A stretch of 64,000 nucleotides of DNA from an uncultured Pseudomonadota bacterium (GTDB lineage: Bacteria; Pseudomonadota; Alphaproteobacteria; Rs-D84): positions 90,209-154,208 of the forward strand of contig OOHM01000001.1 of assembly GCA_900320405.1 (NCBI GenBank). The letters run 5' to 3'. Shown in pieces: positions 9,359-19,208 of the stretch. Position 1 is the stretch's first letter. Every line of letters starts with the position of its first letter. The notes under the pieces are model-generated. The model saw only the letters and a list, made by a program, of their open reading frames with translations. It ran no database searches and was not told the DNA's origin. The translations under genes and the position numbers were made by a program.

Positions 9359-11395
9359 ATGAGAAGATTTTTAACGTGTGCGTTGTGTTTTATGCCCACA
9401 TTGGCGGGTGCGGTGACCCTGTATTACACGCCGGGTGGTGAATGCACCGGGTTATACCTGAACCCCGCCACGACCGGTTGCCCCGGTGAATCTGACCGTG
9501 TTGTTAAATTACATGTCGCATCGCGTGCCGATGCAAGTTTTGGTGGGTTCAAAGTTGGGAATACGGAAATCGTTGATTCCACGGGTAATGTAAAATCAAA
9601 TGCGGTCGCAACCCTTGCCGCCGCGGGTTCTGCCGCCGAAGTCGCCGGTGATTACACATGCCAAACCGGTACCAACAAGAACAGCAGTGGCACATGTGTT
9701 GACGAATCTGGCGATACGGAATATATCGACACGGCCGGCAATCCGATTCCACCGTCGAATGTTTCTTGTTGGCGCAATGGAACAAATTATTGTTATTGGC
9801 GGGTAAATATTACTTTTCACGATAAACCGACATCTGGGGCGGGCGGTATAACCGTCACCAATGGAAACAATGGATTGAAATTGGCGTGTAATGGGGGCAG
9901 TGGTTGCACCGTTGTATCGGGAACGTGTGCGCAACAGAACGGTGCCGGCACATGTACACATATCAATACACCGGCCGCCAATGGTTATAGATTCCGTGGG
10001 TATTATATGGCACCGGTTCCGAATGATATTATAACCGACCACAGCACCACCAACGGTGGCGCATTCAGCGTTTTCTATCCTAAAAATTTGAACAACGCAG
10101 AAACCAGTATATTGGGTCATGCGGTTGTGGTTATGTCTGATACGCCTGTACCAATTGAAAACCCGGGTGCCGCAATCGAAACAACCAAGCCAATTGATAT
10201 AGATGTCTATGGTGGTTGGGCGCGTGATTGTGATGCCGATGCAAATGCGGTCTGCACATTGAAAACGGGTATATGGTGGAATGTCACAGATAACCTGGGC
10301 AAGGGTGATGTTCGATATGATACCGGATGCGCCGATGGTTATGTAATAAGTGGTGGCGCCGGAACATATAAACCGATTTGTGAAGTTGAAAAAGGTGAAG
10401 ATTTAACAATCAATTACACTTTCTTTGACCAATTTGGTAACTCGGTCACGTGTAATGGTCCGACCGCGATGTGCACTTTGGGTGATACATATAGATTGCC
10501 ATATTCATCGGCGATTCAAACGGCGTGCGGTAATGATTACACATTGAAATACCTGATTACCGGTGGCACAAACGGTGGTTGGCATATACCGGGTAGAAAT
10601 GTATCATGCAGTACCAATGAATTTGGAAACGCCCGACCGGCACCTGCCTATGGAACGGTTTGCAAAAACATTTGCACAATCGGTCAACATTATGACAATT
10701 TGCACGCAACCTGTGTTCAGATGGTTAATGGACCGACCGCGGTGGCCGGTTTGCCGGCCCCGTATAATACAACGGTCGGACATTACGTTATTGATACATC
10801 CAATGTTGAAAACCTGTGGGATGGGTGCCCAACACTGCAATGTGATGCGGGTTATGGGCTTGAAATAGACGCCACCGGCCCGAAATGCGTTGTTAAAACT
10901 GGTGGTGACACAAACTTTGAATGTCCAACGGTTCCAAAGACCAATTTGCCCGTCAATGTGACATTGGGGAACCCGGTGCTGTCCAATGGCACCACATGTA
11001 CATATGCCGTCGGGTGTAATGCAGATTATCTGGATTTAATTGGTGGAAATGGAACAATTACATGTACCGGTACGGGGTGTGATAATTTGCAGACCATGGT
11101 TAATGCGTATTCTTGTCAATTGCATTGTCCGGAATCTGGTTGGGCAATGGGTGATGCGGACACCGGGACCTTGACCACCATAACCTATGGTGCACCAACA
11201 TATGATAACGGAATATGCAAATACAATGTGTATTGCAAAGATTCATCTAAAACTTTGTATCATAACGGCACGGCGTGCACATCAAATTGTCGTGTCACAT
11301 GTAACAGTTACGATGATTGCTATGGCGAGATTATGGGCCAGGGTCCCACGTATACAAATATGAGGAGTAAGTTTGAACAATGGGAATGCGAATAA
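9359..11395 (+). CDS. Large secreted cysteine-rich protein, co-oriented 17 nt downstream of the previous gene
   Basis: 678 aa. Signal-like MRRFLTCALCFMPTLAGA, many Cys, and a GYRFRGYY element similar to B-repeat modules. Followed by a strong terminator. Confidence 0.85.
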   Translation: MRRFLTCALCFMPTLAGAVTLYYTPGGECTGLYLNPATTGCPGESDRVVKLHVASRADASFGGFKVGNTEIVDSTGNVKSNAVATLAAAGSAAEVAGDYTCQTGTNKNSSGTCVDESGDTEYIDTAGNPIPPSNVSCWRNGTNYCYWRVNITFHDKPTSGAGGITVTNGNNGLKLACNGGSGCTVVSGTCAQQNGAGTCTHINTPAANGYRFRGYYMAPVPNDIITDHSTTNGGAFSVFYPKNLNNAETSILGHAVVVMSDTPVPIENPGAAIETTKPIDIDVYGGWARDCDADANAVCTLKTGIWWNVTDNLGKGDVRYDTGCADGYVISGGAGTYKPICEVEKGEDLTINYTFFDQFGNSVTCNGPTAMCTLGDTYRLPYSSAIQTACGNDYTLKYLITGGTNGGWHIPGRNVSCSTNEFGNARPAPAYGTVCKNICTIGQHYDNLHATCVQMVNGPTAVAGLPAPYNTTVGHYVIDTSNVENLWDGCPTLQCDAGYGLEIDATGPKCVVKTGGDTNFECPTVPKTNLPVNVTLGNPVLSNGTTCTYAVGCNADYLDLIGGNGTITCTGTGCDNLQTMVNAYSCQLHCPESGWAMGDADTGTLTTITYGAPTYDNGICKYNVYCKDSSKTLYHNGTACTSNCRVTCNSYDDCYGEIMGQGPTYTNMRSKFEQWECE

Positions 11396-11406
11396 TGAAT
11401 AAAACA

Positions 11407-11428
11407 CCGGGCGATGCCCGGTTTTTTT
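11407..11428 (+). terminator. Rho-independent terminator of the Cys-rich protein operon
   Basis: ccgggc-gat-gcccgg stem-loop followed by T7. Confidence 0.8.
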
Positions 11429-11557
11429 ATTCCCGTCATTCCGACGAAAGTCGGAATCTGGTGGTTTTTAAGCGAGCCCGAAGAGATCCCGGCCTAGACC
11501 ACCCAAAAAATGCGTTTGCATTTTTCGGGGCCCGGGCGCCGGGATGACGATGTAATT

Positions 11558-11893
11558 TTAATGATGGGCAATCATATGTGCGGCAATGCCTGCAATGGTC
11601 ACGATGGTAATGCAAATTAAAATTATCATCTGGGTGCGATGGTGGTGCGTTTTTCCGCAATGTTCACACCCGCAATCGTGATTATGAAAATACAGCACCC
11701 ACGACAAAATCAACATTAAAATCGAAAAACCAAATAACCACCCCTCCGCCCATTCGGGAACAATTTTATGGTCGGCAAAATCGGGCGCGACCATACCAAC
11801 AATACCCAACACCACCGGCAATACACAGCAAAACAGGTGCGGTAACAATCCCGCAATAATTCCGACGCCAATCGCACGATTTTTCTTTGACAT
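11558..11893 (-). CDS. Small polytopic membrane protein with a Cys/His-rich loop (possible metal binding)
   Basis: 111 aa. Hydrophobic segments plus HNHDCGCEHCGKTHHH and a C-terminal HMIAHH. Confidence 0.6.
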   Translation of the reverse strand: MSKKNRAIGVGIIAGLLPHLFCCVLPVVLGIVGMVAPDFADHKIVPEWAEGWLFGFSILMLILSWVLYFHNHDCGCEHCGKTHHHRTQMIILICITIVTIAGIAAHMIAHH

Positions 11894-11915
11894 TTTTATC
11901 TCGCTTTGTTTTTTA

Positions 11916-11991
11916 TGGTATCCCCAGCCGGAATCGAACCAGCATCTAATTCTTAGGAGGAACTTGTTCTATCCAATTGAACTATGGGGAC
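11916..11991 (-). tRNA. tRNA-Arg (anticodon CCU)
   Basis: The reverse complement folds as a cloverleaf. Acceptor GUCCCCA/UGGGGAU, anticodon loop CUCCUAA, T-arm GGTTCGATTCC, encoded CCA. Confidence 0.9.
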
Positions 11992-12026
11992 ACACAACCG
12001 TTTTATTTTAACCCCTGATTTTGATA

Positions 12027-12054
12027 TTGCAAGTTATATTAAAACCTGTATAAT
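12027..12054 (+). promoter_or_regulatory. Sigma70-like promoter upstream of fabH
   Basis: TTGCAA, 16-nt spacer, TATAAT, about 30 nt upstream of the fabH ATG. Confidence 0.5.
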
Positions 12055-12083
12055 ACGGAGACACGGAAATATAAAGGTTTTAT

Positions 12084-13022
12084 ATGGGAAATAAACTTGT
12101 TGGATATGGTTCTTATTTGCCGTCGCGCGTTATGACAAATGCGGACTTTGAACGCGTGATGGATACGACCGACCAATGGATTGTTGAACGCACCGGAATA
12201 CGCGCGCGCCATTTTGCCGCGGAAAATGAAACGGTCGCCGATATGGGCGCACACGCGGCACGCGCGGCGTTAAAAAATGCGAACCTGACCATTGATGATA
12301 TTGATATGATAATCGTTGCAACAACTACACCGGAATTGGATTTTCCGTCTGTTGCGGTGCAAATAACGGGAATGTTGGGCGCAACAAAGAATATCCCGGC
12401 ATTTGATGTGCGTGGTGCGTGTACCGGGTTTATTTATGCGGCGCATTGCGCGCGTGGGTTCTTTACCGCCGGCATACATGAACGCATAATGATTATTGGC
12501 GCGGAAAAAATGTCCCGCTTTATTGATATGACCGACCGGTCGACGGCGGTTCTGTTTGGGGACGGTGCGGGCGCATTGATTTTCGAACGCAGCACGTCCA
12601 GTTATTCCGGCATAATCGATACTGTCGTTATGGCGGACGGGAAAAAGTTTGATATGTTGCACGGATCACCTGACCACAAAATTATAATGAATGGACCGGA
12701 AACATATAAAATGGCGGTGTCATTAATGCCGGATGCCGCGCGGTATATTATGGATCACGCCGGTATTACCCAAGATGATATAGATTGGATTGTTCCGCAC
12801 CAGGCGAACATTCGTATTATTCAATCCTGTGCGGCGCGACTTGGGTTCCCGATGGAGAAAATTTTAATAACGGTGGATAAACACGCGAACACATCGGGTG
12901 CATCGGGCGCGTTGGCGTTGGCGTACGCGTTTGATAACAACATAATTAAACACGGACAATTGGTTTTGTATCCCGCGTTTGGCAGCGGTCTGACCTGGGG
13001 CGCAACACTTATAAGGGTATAA
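12084..13022 (+). CDS. fabH: 3-oxoacyl-ACP synthase III
   Basis: 312 aa. Active-site context DVRGACTGFIYA and VPHQANIRI, with GSGLTWGA at the C-terminus. Confidence 0.93.
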   Translation: MGNKLVGYGSYLPSRVMTNADFERVMDTTDQWIVERTGIRARHFAAENETVADMGAHAARAALKNANLTIDDIDMIIVATTTPELDFPSVAVQITGMLGATKNIPAFDVRGACTGFIYAAHCARGFFTAGIHERIMIIGAEKMSRFIDMTDRSTAVLFGDGAGALIFERSTSSYSGIIDTVVMADGKKFDMLHGSPDHKIIMNGPETYKMAVSLMPDAARYIMDHAGITQDDIDWIVPHQANIRIIQSCAARLGFPMEKILITVDKHANTSGASGALALAYAFDNNIIKHGQLVLYPAFGSGLTWGATLIRV

Positions 13023-13040
13023 ATAAAAAGGGGAAAATAA

Positions 13041-13328
13041 ATGGCAACAATAACAAGAAATGATTTGGCAACAAAATTGCGTGACACATTTGGATTTACC
13101 ACATTGCAATCCAATCGTTTGGTTGATGCGGTTTTCGGTGAAATTTGTGAATCACTTATCAACGGGGAAGAAGTTAAATTTGCGGGATTCGGTACATTCA
13201 AGATTCTGGATAAATCTGCGCGTGTCGCGCGCAATCCAAAAACAGGTGAAACCGCAATTGTTTCGGCCCGTCGTGTTGCGACATTCCGTCCATCCAGTGA
13301 ATTCCGCGCCCGCGTATCAAAAAAATAA
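13041..13328 (+). CDS. ihfA: Integration host factor subunit alpha
   Basis: 95 aa. FGTFKILDKSARVARNPKTGE matches the HU/IHF arm. Position after fabH is typical of alphaproteobacteria. Confidence 0.88.
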   Translation: MATITRNDLATKLRDTFGFTTLQSNRLVDAVFGEICESLINGEEVKFAGFGTFKILDKSARVARNPKTGETAIVSARRVATFRPSSEFRARVSKK

Positions 13329-13346
13329 TGTTGATGGTTGGTTATT

Positions 13347-13378
13347 TAAAAAACGGATGCAATGGCATCCGTTTTTTG
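13347..13378. terminator. Bidirectional terminator (ihfA / M13 peptidase)
   Basis: 8-bp stem ACGGATGC/GCATCCGT flanked by an A-run and a T-run. Confidence 0.8.
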
Positions 13379-13380
13379 AT

Positions 13381-15369
13381 TTACCATAACTTTACGCGTT
13401 TTTCCGGCGCCACATATAATTTGTTTTCGGGACTTACACCAAACGCATCGTACCACGCGTCTATGTGTGGCAATATGCCGTTTACACGCCAACGATTTAA
13501 TGAATGTTCATTTGTTTTCGTTTGAACCAGAACCTGTTCAGGTCTTATTGTGCCCGCCCACGCACCGGCGTACGCAATAAAGAACCGCATATCGGGTGTA
13601 AAGTTTTGAACCGTTTCCGATTCGTGACCAAAATTTTTATACGCGGTATATGCAATTGTCACGCCACCGTAATCCGCCAAATTTTCACCCAATGTAAATT
13701 CTCCATTTGCGTGCGTATTTGGTGCGACCAATATGTTATCAAAAAATTTTTTCATAACATCCGCGCGCGCGGTAAATGAATCTGCATCGGCCGCGGTCCA
13801 CCAATCGCGCATATTTCCATTTGCATCGAAATGGCGTCCCATATCATCAAATCCGTGTGTCATTTCGTGACCAATAATTGCGCCGATTGCACCATAGTTA
13901 AATGCGTCATCGGCGGACATATCAAAGAACGGTGGTTGCAATATGCCGGCCGGAAAACAAATTTCGTTTGTGGATGGGTCATAGTATGCATTGATTTCGT
14001 GTGCATTCATATACCAAATTGTTGGGTCTTTTTCACGACCGATTTTTTCCATCCAAAAATCGTCTTCAAATTTTGCGACACGCATCATATTTTCAAACAA
14101 CGAATCGTTTGCATCCAAATTCAGTTTTGAATAATCACGCCATTTTGTGGGGTATCCAATTTTTGCACGGAACGCATCCAGTTTTTCAATTGCGCACCCG
14201 CGCGTATCATCCGACATCCAATCCAATTTTTCAATTCGAATTTTATATGCCCGTCGCAGGTTTTCAACCAATTGTTCCATACGTTTTTTTGCATCGGGCG
14301 AAAAATATTTTTCAACATACAACCGTCCAATTTCTTCACCGATTGTTCCATCCAGTGTCGCAACGGCGCGTTTCCAACGCGGCTTTTTTTCTTTTTGTCC
14401 GGACATAGTGCGATTAAAGAAATCAAAAGATATATCGTATGTTTTATCATCCAAAAAACTATCCGCCGCCAAAATCACGCGATATTTTAAGTATGATTTT
14501 ATCAAATCTAAATCGGTATCATTTATAATTTTGATTGATTCGCGAATTGCATCCGGTTGACCAATGTTTATAAATTCTGCCGCGTTTGCGCCGCGTACAT
14601 CAAAATATTTTTTCCAATCGAATCCATCAAATTCGCGCATAAAATCTTCGCGTGACATTTTATGATAGTTTGCATGTGGGTCGCGCAATGCTTCTTTGGT
14701 ATGAAAAGATTTCGCCATACGTTCTTCCAATTCATAGATTTTTTTTGCATCCGCATTTACACCAAAATTTTTTAATTGTGATGCGATAAATTCAATATAT
14801 TTTTTGCGAATTTCCACTGTGCGGTCATCGGTATCAAAGTAATAATCACGCGCAAGGCCGATTCCGCCCTGGCCCAGGTTATACAGGTAATGTTCACTGT
14901 CGCGTTCATCCAAGCTAACGCCATCGCCCCAAAACGAAGAAATAAACCCATGTATTTTTCCCAAATATGCCGGTAATTCAGATTTTGTTTTTATCGCGTC
15001 GATTTCATCAAAGTATTTTTTTACCGGTGTGGTGCCATTCGCGTTTAATCGCGATTCATCCATTGTAATTTTATACAATGTCCCAATTTTGCCGTTGTCG
15101 TTTTCGGCAATTTCGCGAACGCGTTTCAAATTTGTATCGTACAAAACATCGAATACCCCGTACCGCGTATAATCATCTGGAATTGGATTTGCACGCCGCC
15201 AACGCAATGTCGCATAGTCAAAAAAATCATCCGCCGGATTAATAGATGTTTCAATTCCTGCCATATTTATACCCGTGTTCATTGTGTTGCCCCCTTTGAT
15301 TTTTATTGCCAAAAATATTGCCGCGATTACGGCGATAATTCCAAAAATGTTTAACCATGTGTGTCGCAT
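13381..15369 (-). CDS. pepO: M13-family zinc metallopeptidase (PepO / endothelin-converting-enzyme-like), membrane anchored
   Basis: 662 aa. HEMTHGFD zinc motif, GENLADYGG, N-terminal hydrophobic anchor. Confidence 0.9.
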   Translation of the reverse strand: MRHTWLNIFGIIAVIAAIFLAIKIKGGNTMNTGINMAGIETSINPADDFFDYATLRWRRANPIPDDYTRYGVFDVLYDTNLKRVREIAENDNGKIGTLYKITMDESRLNANGTTPVKKYFDEIDAIKTKSELPAYLGKIHGFISSFWGDGVSLDERDSEHYLYNLGQGGIGLARDYYFDTDDRTVEIRKKYIEFIASQLKNFGVNADAKKIYELEERMAKSFHTKEALRDPHANYHKMSREDFMREFDGFDWKKYFDVRGANAAEFINIGQPDAIRESIKIINDTDLDLIKSYLKYRVILAADSFLDDKTYDISFDFFNRTMSGQKEKKPRWKRAVATLDGTIGEEIGRLYVEKYFSPDAKKRMEQLVENLRRAYKIRIEKLDWMSDDTRGCAIEKLDAFRAKIGYPTKWRDYSKLNLDANDSLFENMMRVAKFEDDFWMEKIGREKDPTIWYMNAHEINAYYDPSTNEICFPAGILQPPFFDMSADDAFNYGAIGAIIGHEMTHGFDDMGRHFDANGNMRDWWTAADADSFTARADVMKKFFDNILVAPNTHANGEFTLGENLADYGGVTIAYTAYKNFGHESETVQNFTPDMRFFIAYAGAWAGTIRPEQVLVQTKTNEHSLNRWRVNGILPHIDAWYDAFGVSPENKLYVAPEKRVKLW

Positions 15370-15370
15370 T

Positions 15371-16426
15371 TTACTTCACCAATTTTTCTATTAAATCATC
15401 CAAAACCAAAATACCTGCATTTGTTGCAATTATTCGATTTCCCGAAAACATTATCATATCTGGATGTGATTTTGCAAATTCTATATTTAATATTTTTTTT
15501 GTTTCATCATCCACCCGCACGCCACGCATCGTTCGCATACCTGTGATAACGCGTTCAATTGCACGTGCATTATTCGACAAAGGTTGGAACATTTTGTGCG
15601 CGCCCAATTCTTCGTACCATGTGCCATCTAATAACACGCGTCCCGCCGCCCCATCGCCAATACCAATATATGGCGCACCGTCCCAAACATTTTGATTGTG
15701 CCTGCATTCATAACCCGGTACGGCATAGTTTGAAACTTCGTACCGTGGTAATTTCAAATTATCACCGATTGCGATATACATCTCGGCCATTGTGTCATTA
15801 TTTGGCATATTCAAATTCATTTTGCCAAACGGCGTGTTCGGCTCTATTGTCAATTCGTACAAAGAACAGTGTTTAATTCCAATGTTATTTATCGTATTAC
15901 ATATCTTGATAACATCGTCAACACTTTCACCCGGTAAACCATATATAAAATCTGCGGATACCCGAATACCGCGCCGCACCCCAGATTCAATTAGTGATAA
16001 AGCATCACGCGCGGTATGAATGCGTCCCAAAAATTTTAATTTTTCATCATCAAAAGATTGTGCGCCCACCGACAGGCGATTTACACCCAGGGCACAAAAT
16101 TCGCCAAGTTTTTTATCATCTATTGTTCCCGGGTTGGCCTCGATAGTGATTTCTGCGTTCGCATCGATATCAAAGTTTTTGCGAACCGCATCCATAATTT
16201 GTGCGAAATTCTTGGCCGGCATCAACGATGGTGTTCCGCCCCCGAAAAACACTGTTGGTATGGTAATGCGTCCTAAAATTCGGGCAAAATGTTCAATTTC
16301 GGCAATAATTCCGTGTGTATACGTATCCCAATCGGGGGCGGGGCACGCATGTGAAAAAAACGCGCAGTACCGGCATTTTGCCGCACAAAACGGGACGTGA
16401 ATATATATATTATGGGGCGTTTTCAT
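15371..16426 (-). CDS. hemW: Radical SAM heme chaperone HemW (HemN-like, oxygen-independent coproporphyrinogen oxidase family)
   Basis: 351 aa. YIHVPFCAAKCRYCAF CxxxCxxC motif and GGGTPS. Confidence 0.88.
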   Translation of the reverse strand: MKTPHNIYIHVPFCAAKCRYCAFFSHACPAPDWDTYTHGIIAEIEHFARILGRITIPTVFFGGGTPSLMPAKNFAQIMDAVRKNFDIDANAEITIEANPGTIDDKKLGEFCALGVNRLSVGAQSFDDEKLKFLGRIHTARDALSLIESGVRRGIRVSADFIYGLPGESVDDVIKICNTINNIGIKHCSLYELTIEPNTPFGKMNLNMPNNDTMAEMYIAIGDNLKLPRYEVSNYAVPGYECRHNQNVWDGAPYIGIGDGAAGRVLLDGTWYEELGAHKMFQPLSNNARAIERVITGMRTMRGVRVDDETKKILNIEFAKSHPDMIMFSGNRIIATNAGILVLDDLIEKLVK

Positions 16427-16519
16427 ATCAAAAGTATATTACAACCCTTTTGTGTACTGGCAAGTGATAAATTGCTTTTTCTATCAGAAAATTTGTGATA
16501 TAATACCCCAAGAAAAGGA

Positions 16520-18073
16520 ATGAGAAAGGCGTTAGTTTCGTTTTTGCCGGCAATTTTGATTCATTTTGCGGTCTTTGGCGCGAATGAAGGGGTGCCGGTT
16601 TACTATCAAAAAAGTGGCGCCGCAAATTCTAATCAGTTGAATTATGGCGAATACGCGAACAAAGGATATACCAAATATGTTGGGTCGTCCGGTTCAAAAC
16701 AGGTTGTTGGTACGCGTACATATACATACCGCAATGAATATAAAAAGGCACCCCAGGTTGCAGAATATATCGATGGTATGACATATACAAATTCCGGGGC
16801 AATGACCGTAAACGGTGTTGCAACCACCACAGATATTGAACGCAGAACACATATTTATGCCGGGTATTCGCGTCGGTTTGCAGATTTTGAATTTCAAACG
16901 GGCGTAAATTCTGTATTGGAATGGGACGATATGGTCTTTAACGAAGTCAATGTCGGTGCCCGCCATGTTTTTTCTTTGCGTAATTTTGATTTGTTTGCAT
17001 TTGGTGAATATACATATGGTGATATGTCACACGGCGGACTTTCTATGGATTACGATTTGGAACCGTATGATTGGGCAACACCGTATGACGGAATTTTTAC
17101 AATATCTATGGGTGACCAATCGGGAAGTTCACACCATATGCGTTTCGGCCTTGGGGCGCATCATATATGGGATATTGGTGGATGGAAGATTTCGCCGATA
17201 ATTGGCTATGAAATTTTCAAGCACGATTTGAAAATGTCTGATCACCTGTACCCGAACCAGGGTATATACCTGCCATTGATGACCAGTGGTGGCGAATATG
17301 TATATGGTGACGCCGAAGGAAATTATTTTTCTATGCCAATTGATATAACCCCACCAAACAATTGGTACCAGGTTTGTATGGGCCCCGAAGATATGCGGGT
17401 TGTCAATCAATCTACGGGCAGTGCAATCGGCGGATATGTGACGGGTTACGGCAATTATTTAACGACAATGGAATATGATCCATCCTGGGGAATTGTTCCG
17501 TGGGGTGTTCCCGAAGGTGATTGTGTCATAATCGGCGGTGATGGCCCGATTAAGGTTGGTGGTGTGACCCATATTTACAATACCACTTGGAGTGGTTTCT
17601 ACTTTGGGTTAGAGGTAGAAAAGCAAATGACGCTTGCGGATAAATTGCGTTTTTATTTCCAGGTTGGGTTGCCAAAATATTCTTCCGAAGGCATCTGGCC
17701 GAATCGTACCGATTGGCAACAAAGCCCAAGTTTCCTGGACGAAGGCAGCAATGGCGCATATTCGTATTCTGCGGAAATGGAATATGACCTGCGTTTGTCT
17801 TCACGCCTGCAATTGGCATTAAAGGTTGATACAAACCTGTTCCATGTAGGTAAAATCCCGGGTAAACTGTACATTGCCGAATACACAGATTTTGTTTACG
17901 ACGCAGACGGTCAATTGGTTGTACACGAAGGTGTCGACCCGGTGACCGGTGCAACGGTTTTGTACCCGGAATTGCAACAGGTTGCCGCGCATACCGAACA
18001 CGTTAGTAATTCTTTGAAACAGGCAACATGGCAATCATTTGGATTGCACATCGGATTCAAGTACGCATTTTAA
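16520..18073 (+). CDS. Putative outer-membrane beta-barrel protein
   Basis: 517 aa. N-terminal hydrophobic leader, alternating aromatic/Gly-rich pattern, C-terminal ...HIGFKYAF with a terminal Phe. Confidence 0.7.
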   Translation: MRKALVSFLPAILIHFAVFGANEGVPVYYQKSGAANSNQLNYGEYANKGYTKYVGSSGSKQVVGTRTYTYRNEYKKAPQVAEYIDGMTYTNSGAMTVNGVATTTDIERRTHIYAGYSRRFADFEFQTGVNSVLEWDDMVFNEVNVGARHVFSLRNFDLFAFGEYTYGDMSHGGLSMDYDLEPYDWATPYDGIFTISMGDQSGSSHHMRFGLGAHHIWDIGGWKISPIIGYEIFKHDLKMSDHLYPNQGIYLPLMTSGGEYVYGDAEGNYFSMPIDITPPNNWYQVCMGPEDMRVVNQSTGSAIGGYVTGYGNYLTTMEYDPSWGIVPWGVPEGDCVIIGGDGPIKVGGVTHIYNTTWSGFYFGLEVEKQMTLADKLRFYFQVGLPKYSSEGIWPNRTDWQQSPSFLDEGSNGAYSYSAEMEYDLRLSSRLQLALKVDTNLFHVGKIPGKLYIAEYTDFVYDADGQLVVHEGVDPVTGATVLYPELQQVAAHTEHVSNSLKQATWQSFGLHIGFKYAF

Positions 18074-18084
18074 TGGGGGATAAT

Positions 18085-19113
18085 ATGCGGCGTATATTCG
18101 CAATTAGCGCATTTTTGTTGGTTTGCGGCGCGGCCGTCGCCGATGTGGGCGCGTTTGATATGGCGCGTTGGGATTCTGTTATTGCCGATGTGCGCGCGCG
18201 TGCCACGGCCAAAAATATTTCTACGGATACAATCAATGCAACATTGCGCAATCCGGCGTTTATACCATCAATTGTTAAAAGTGATAAAAATCAATCTGAA
18301 TTCAAACTTAGTTTGGATGAATATTTGTCGCGGACGGTAAATTCCACGCGTATTGCGCGTGGTCGCCAAATGCGCGGGCGATATCCAACGATGTTGGCAC
18401 GCACCGAAGAATTGTACGGTCTGCCGCCGCATGTAATTTTGGCATTTTGGGGTATGGAATCTAACTATGGCGAAGTCAAGGCGCGTCATCGGTTGATTGA
18501 TGCATTCTTTACATTGATTTATGATGGTCGCCGTGAAAAATTTTTTACCGATCAATTGTTGGCATTGATGAAAATTGCCGACGATAATGGATTGGATATA
18601 AATAATATCCGGGGCAGTTGGGCCGGCGCCATGGGGCATTTCCAATTTATACCGACAACACTTGCGTCATATGGTATGGATGGCAATGGCGATGGTCGCG
18701 TTGATATCATAGACAGTGTTGGTGACGCAATGGCCAGTGCCGGAAATTACCTGAACAAATTGGGATGGAACAAGAATGAACGTATTGTGCGTCGTGTAAT
18801 TTTGCCCGCGGATTTTGATACATCGCTGTTGGACGGTAAAACTAAAAAGACCCTAACAGAATGGGCGGCGTACGGTGTTTTGAATGCCGATGGCGGTCAA
18901 ATACCATTGGGAAATATGGTTGCGGGGTTGGTTGCAGATGTTGCGAACCGGCCAAATCATTCTATGGACGATTTTTCGCCGGATTCTGATGTTGCACCCC
19001 GACCGGTTATAACCGCGTATTTGACATACCCAAATTTTTACCGCATCAAGAAATGGAATAATTCCAATTGGTATGCGATTGCAATTGCCGAATTGGCCGA
19101 TAAATTGAAATAA
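18085..19113 (+). CDS. mltB: Lytic murein transglycosylase (MltB/SLT_2 family)
   Basis: Start moved to the ATG at 18085 (RBS gggga, signal MRRIFAISAFLLVCGAAVA). Contains WGMESNYG and GHFQFIPTT motifs. Confidence 0.85.
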   Translation: MRRIFAISAFLLVCGAAVADVGAFDMARWDSVIADVRARATAKNISTDTINATLRNPAFIPSIVKSDKNQSEFKLSLDEYLSRTVNSTRIARGRQMRGRYPTMLARTEELYGLPPHVILAFWGMESNYGEVKARHRLIDAFFTLIYDGRREKFFTDQLLALMKIADDNGLDINNIRGSWAGAMGHFQFIPTTLASYGMDGNGDGRVDIIDSVGDAMASAGNYLNKLGWNKNERIVRRVILPADFDTSLLDGKTKKTLTEWAAYGVLNADGGQIPLGNMVAGLVADVANRPNHSMDDFSPDSDVAPRPVITAYLTYPNFYRIKKWNNSNWYAIAIAELADKLK

Positions 19114-19208
19114 AATTTACATAAATATTCATTAAAATAAAAAGATTGCACGGGTTCATAATGTTTGGTATTCTCTATACATACATTTGAAAACCAAGGG
19201 ATTGTTTT

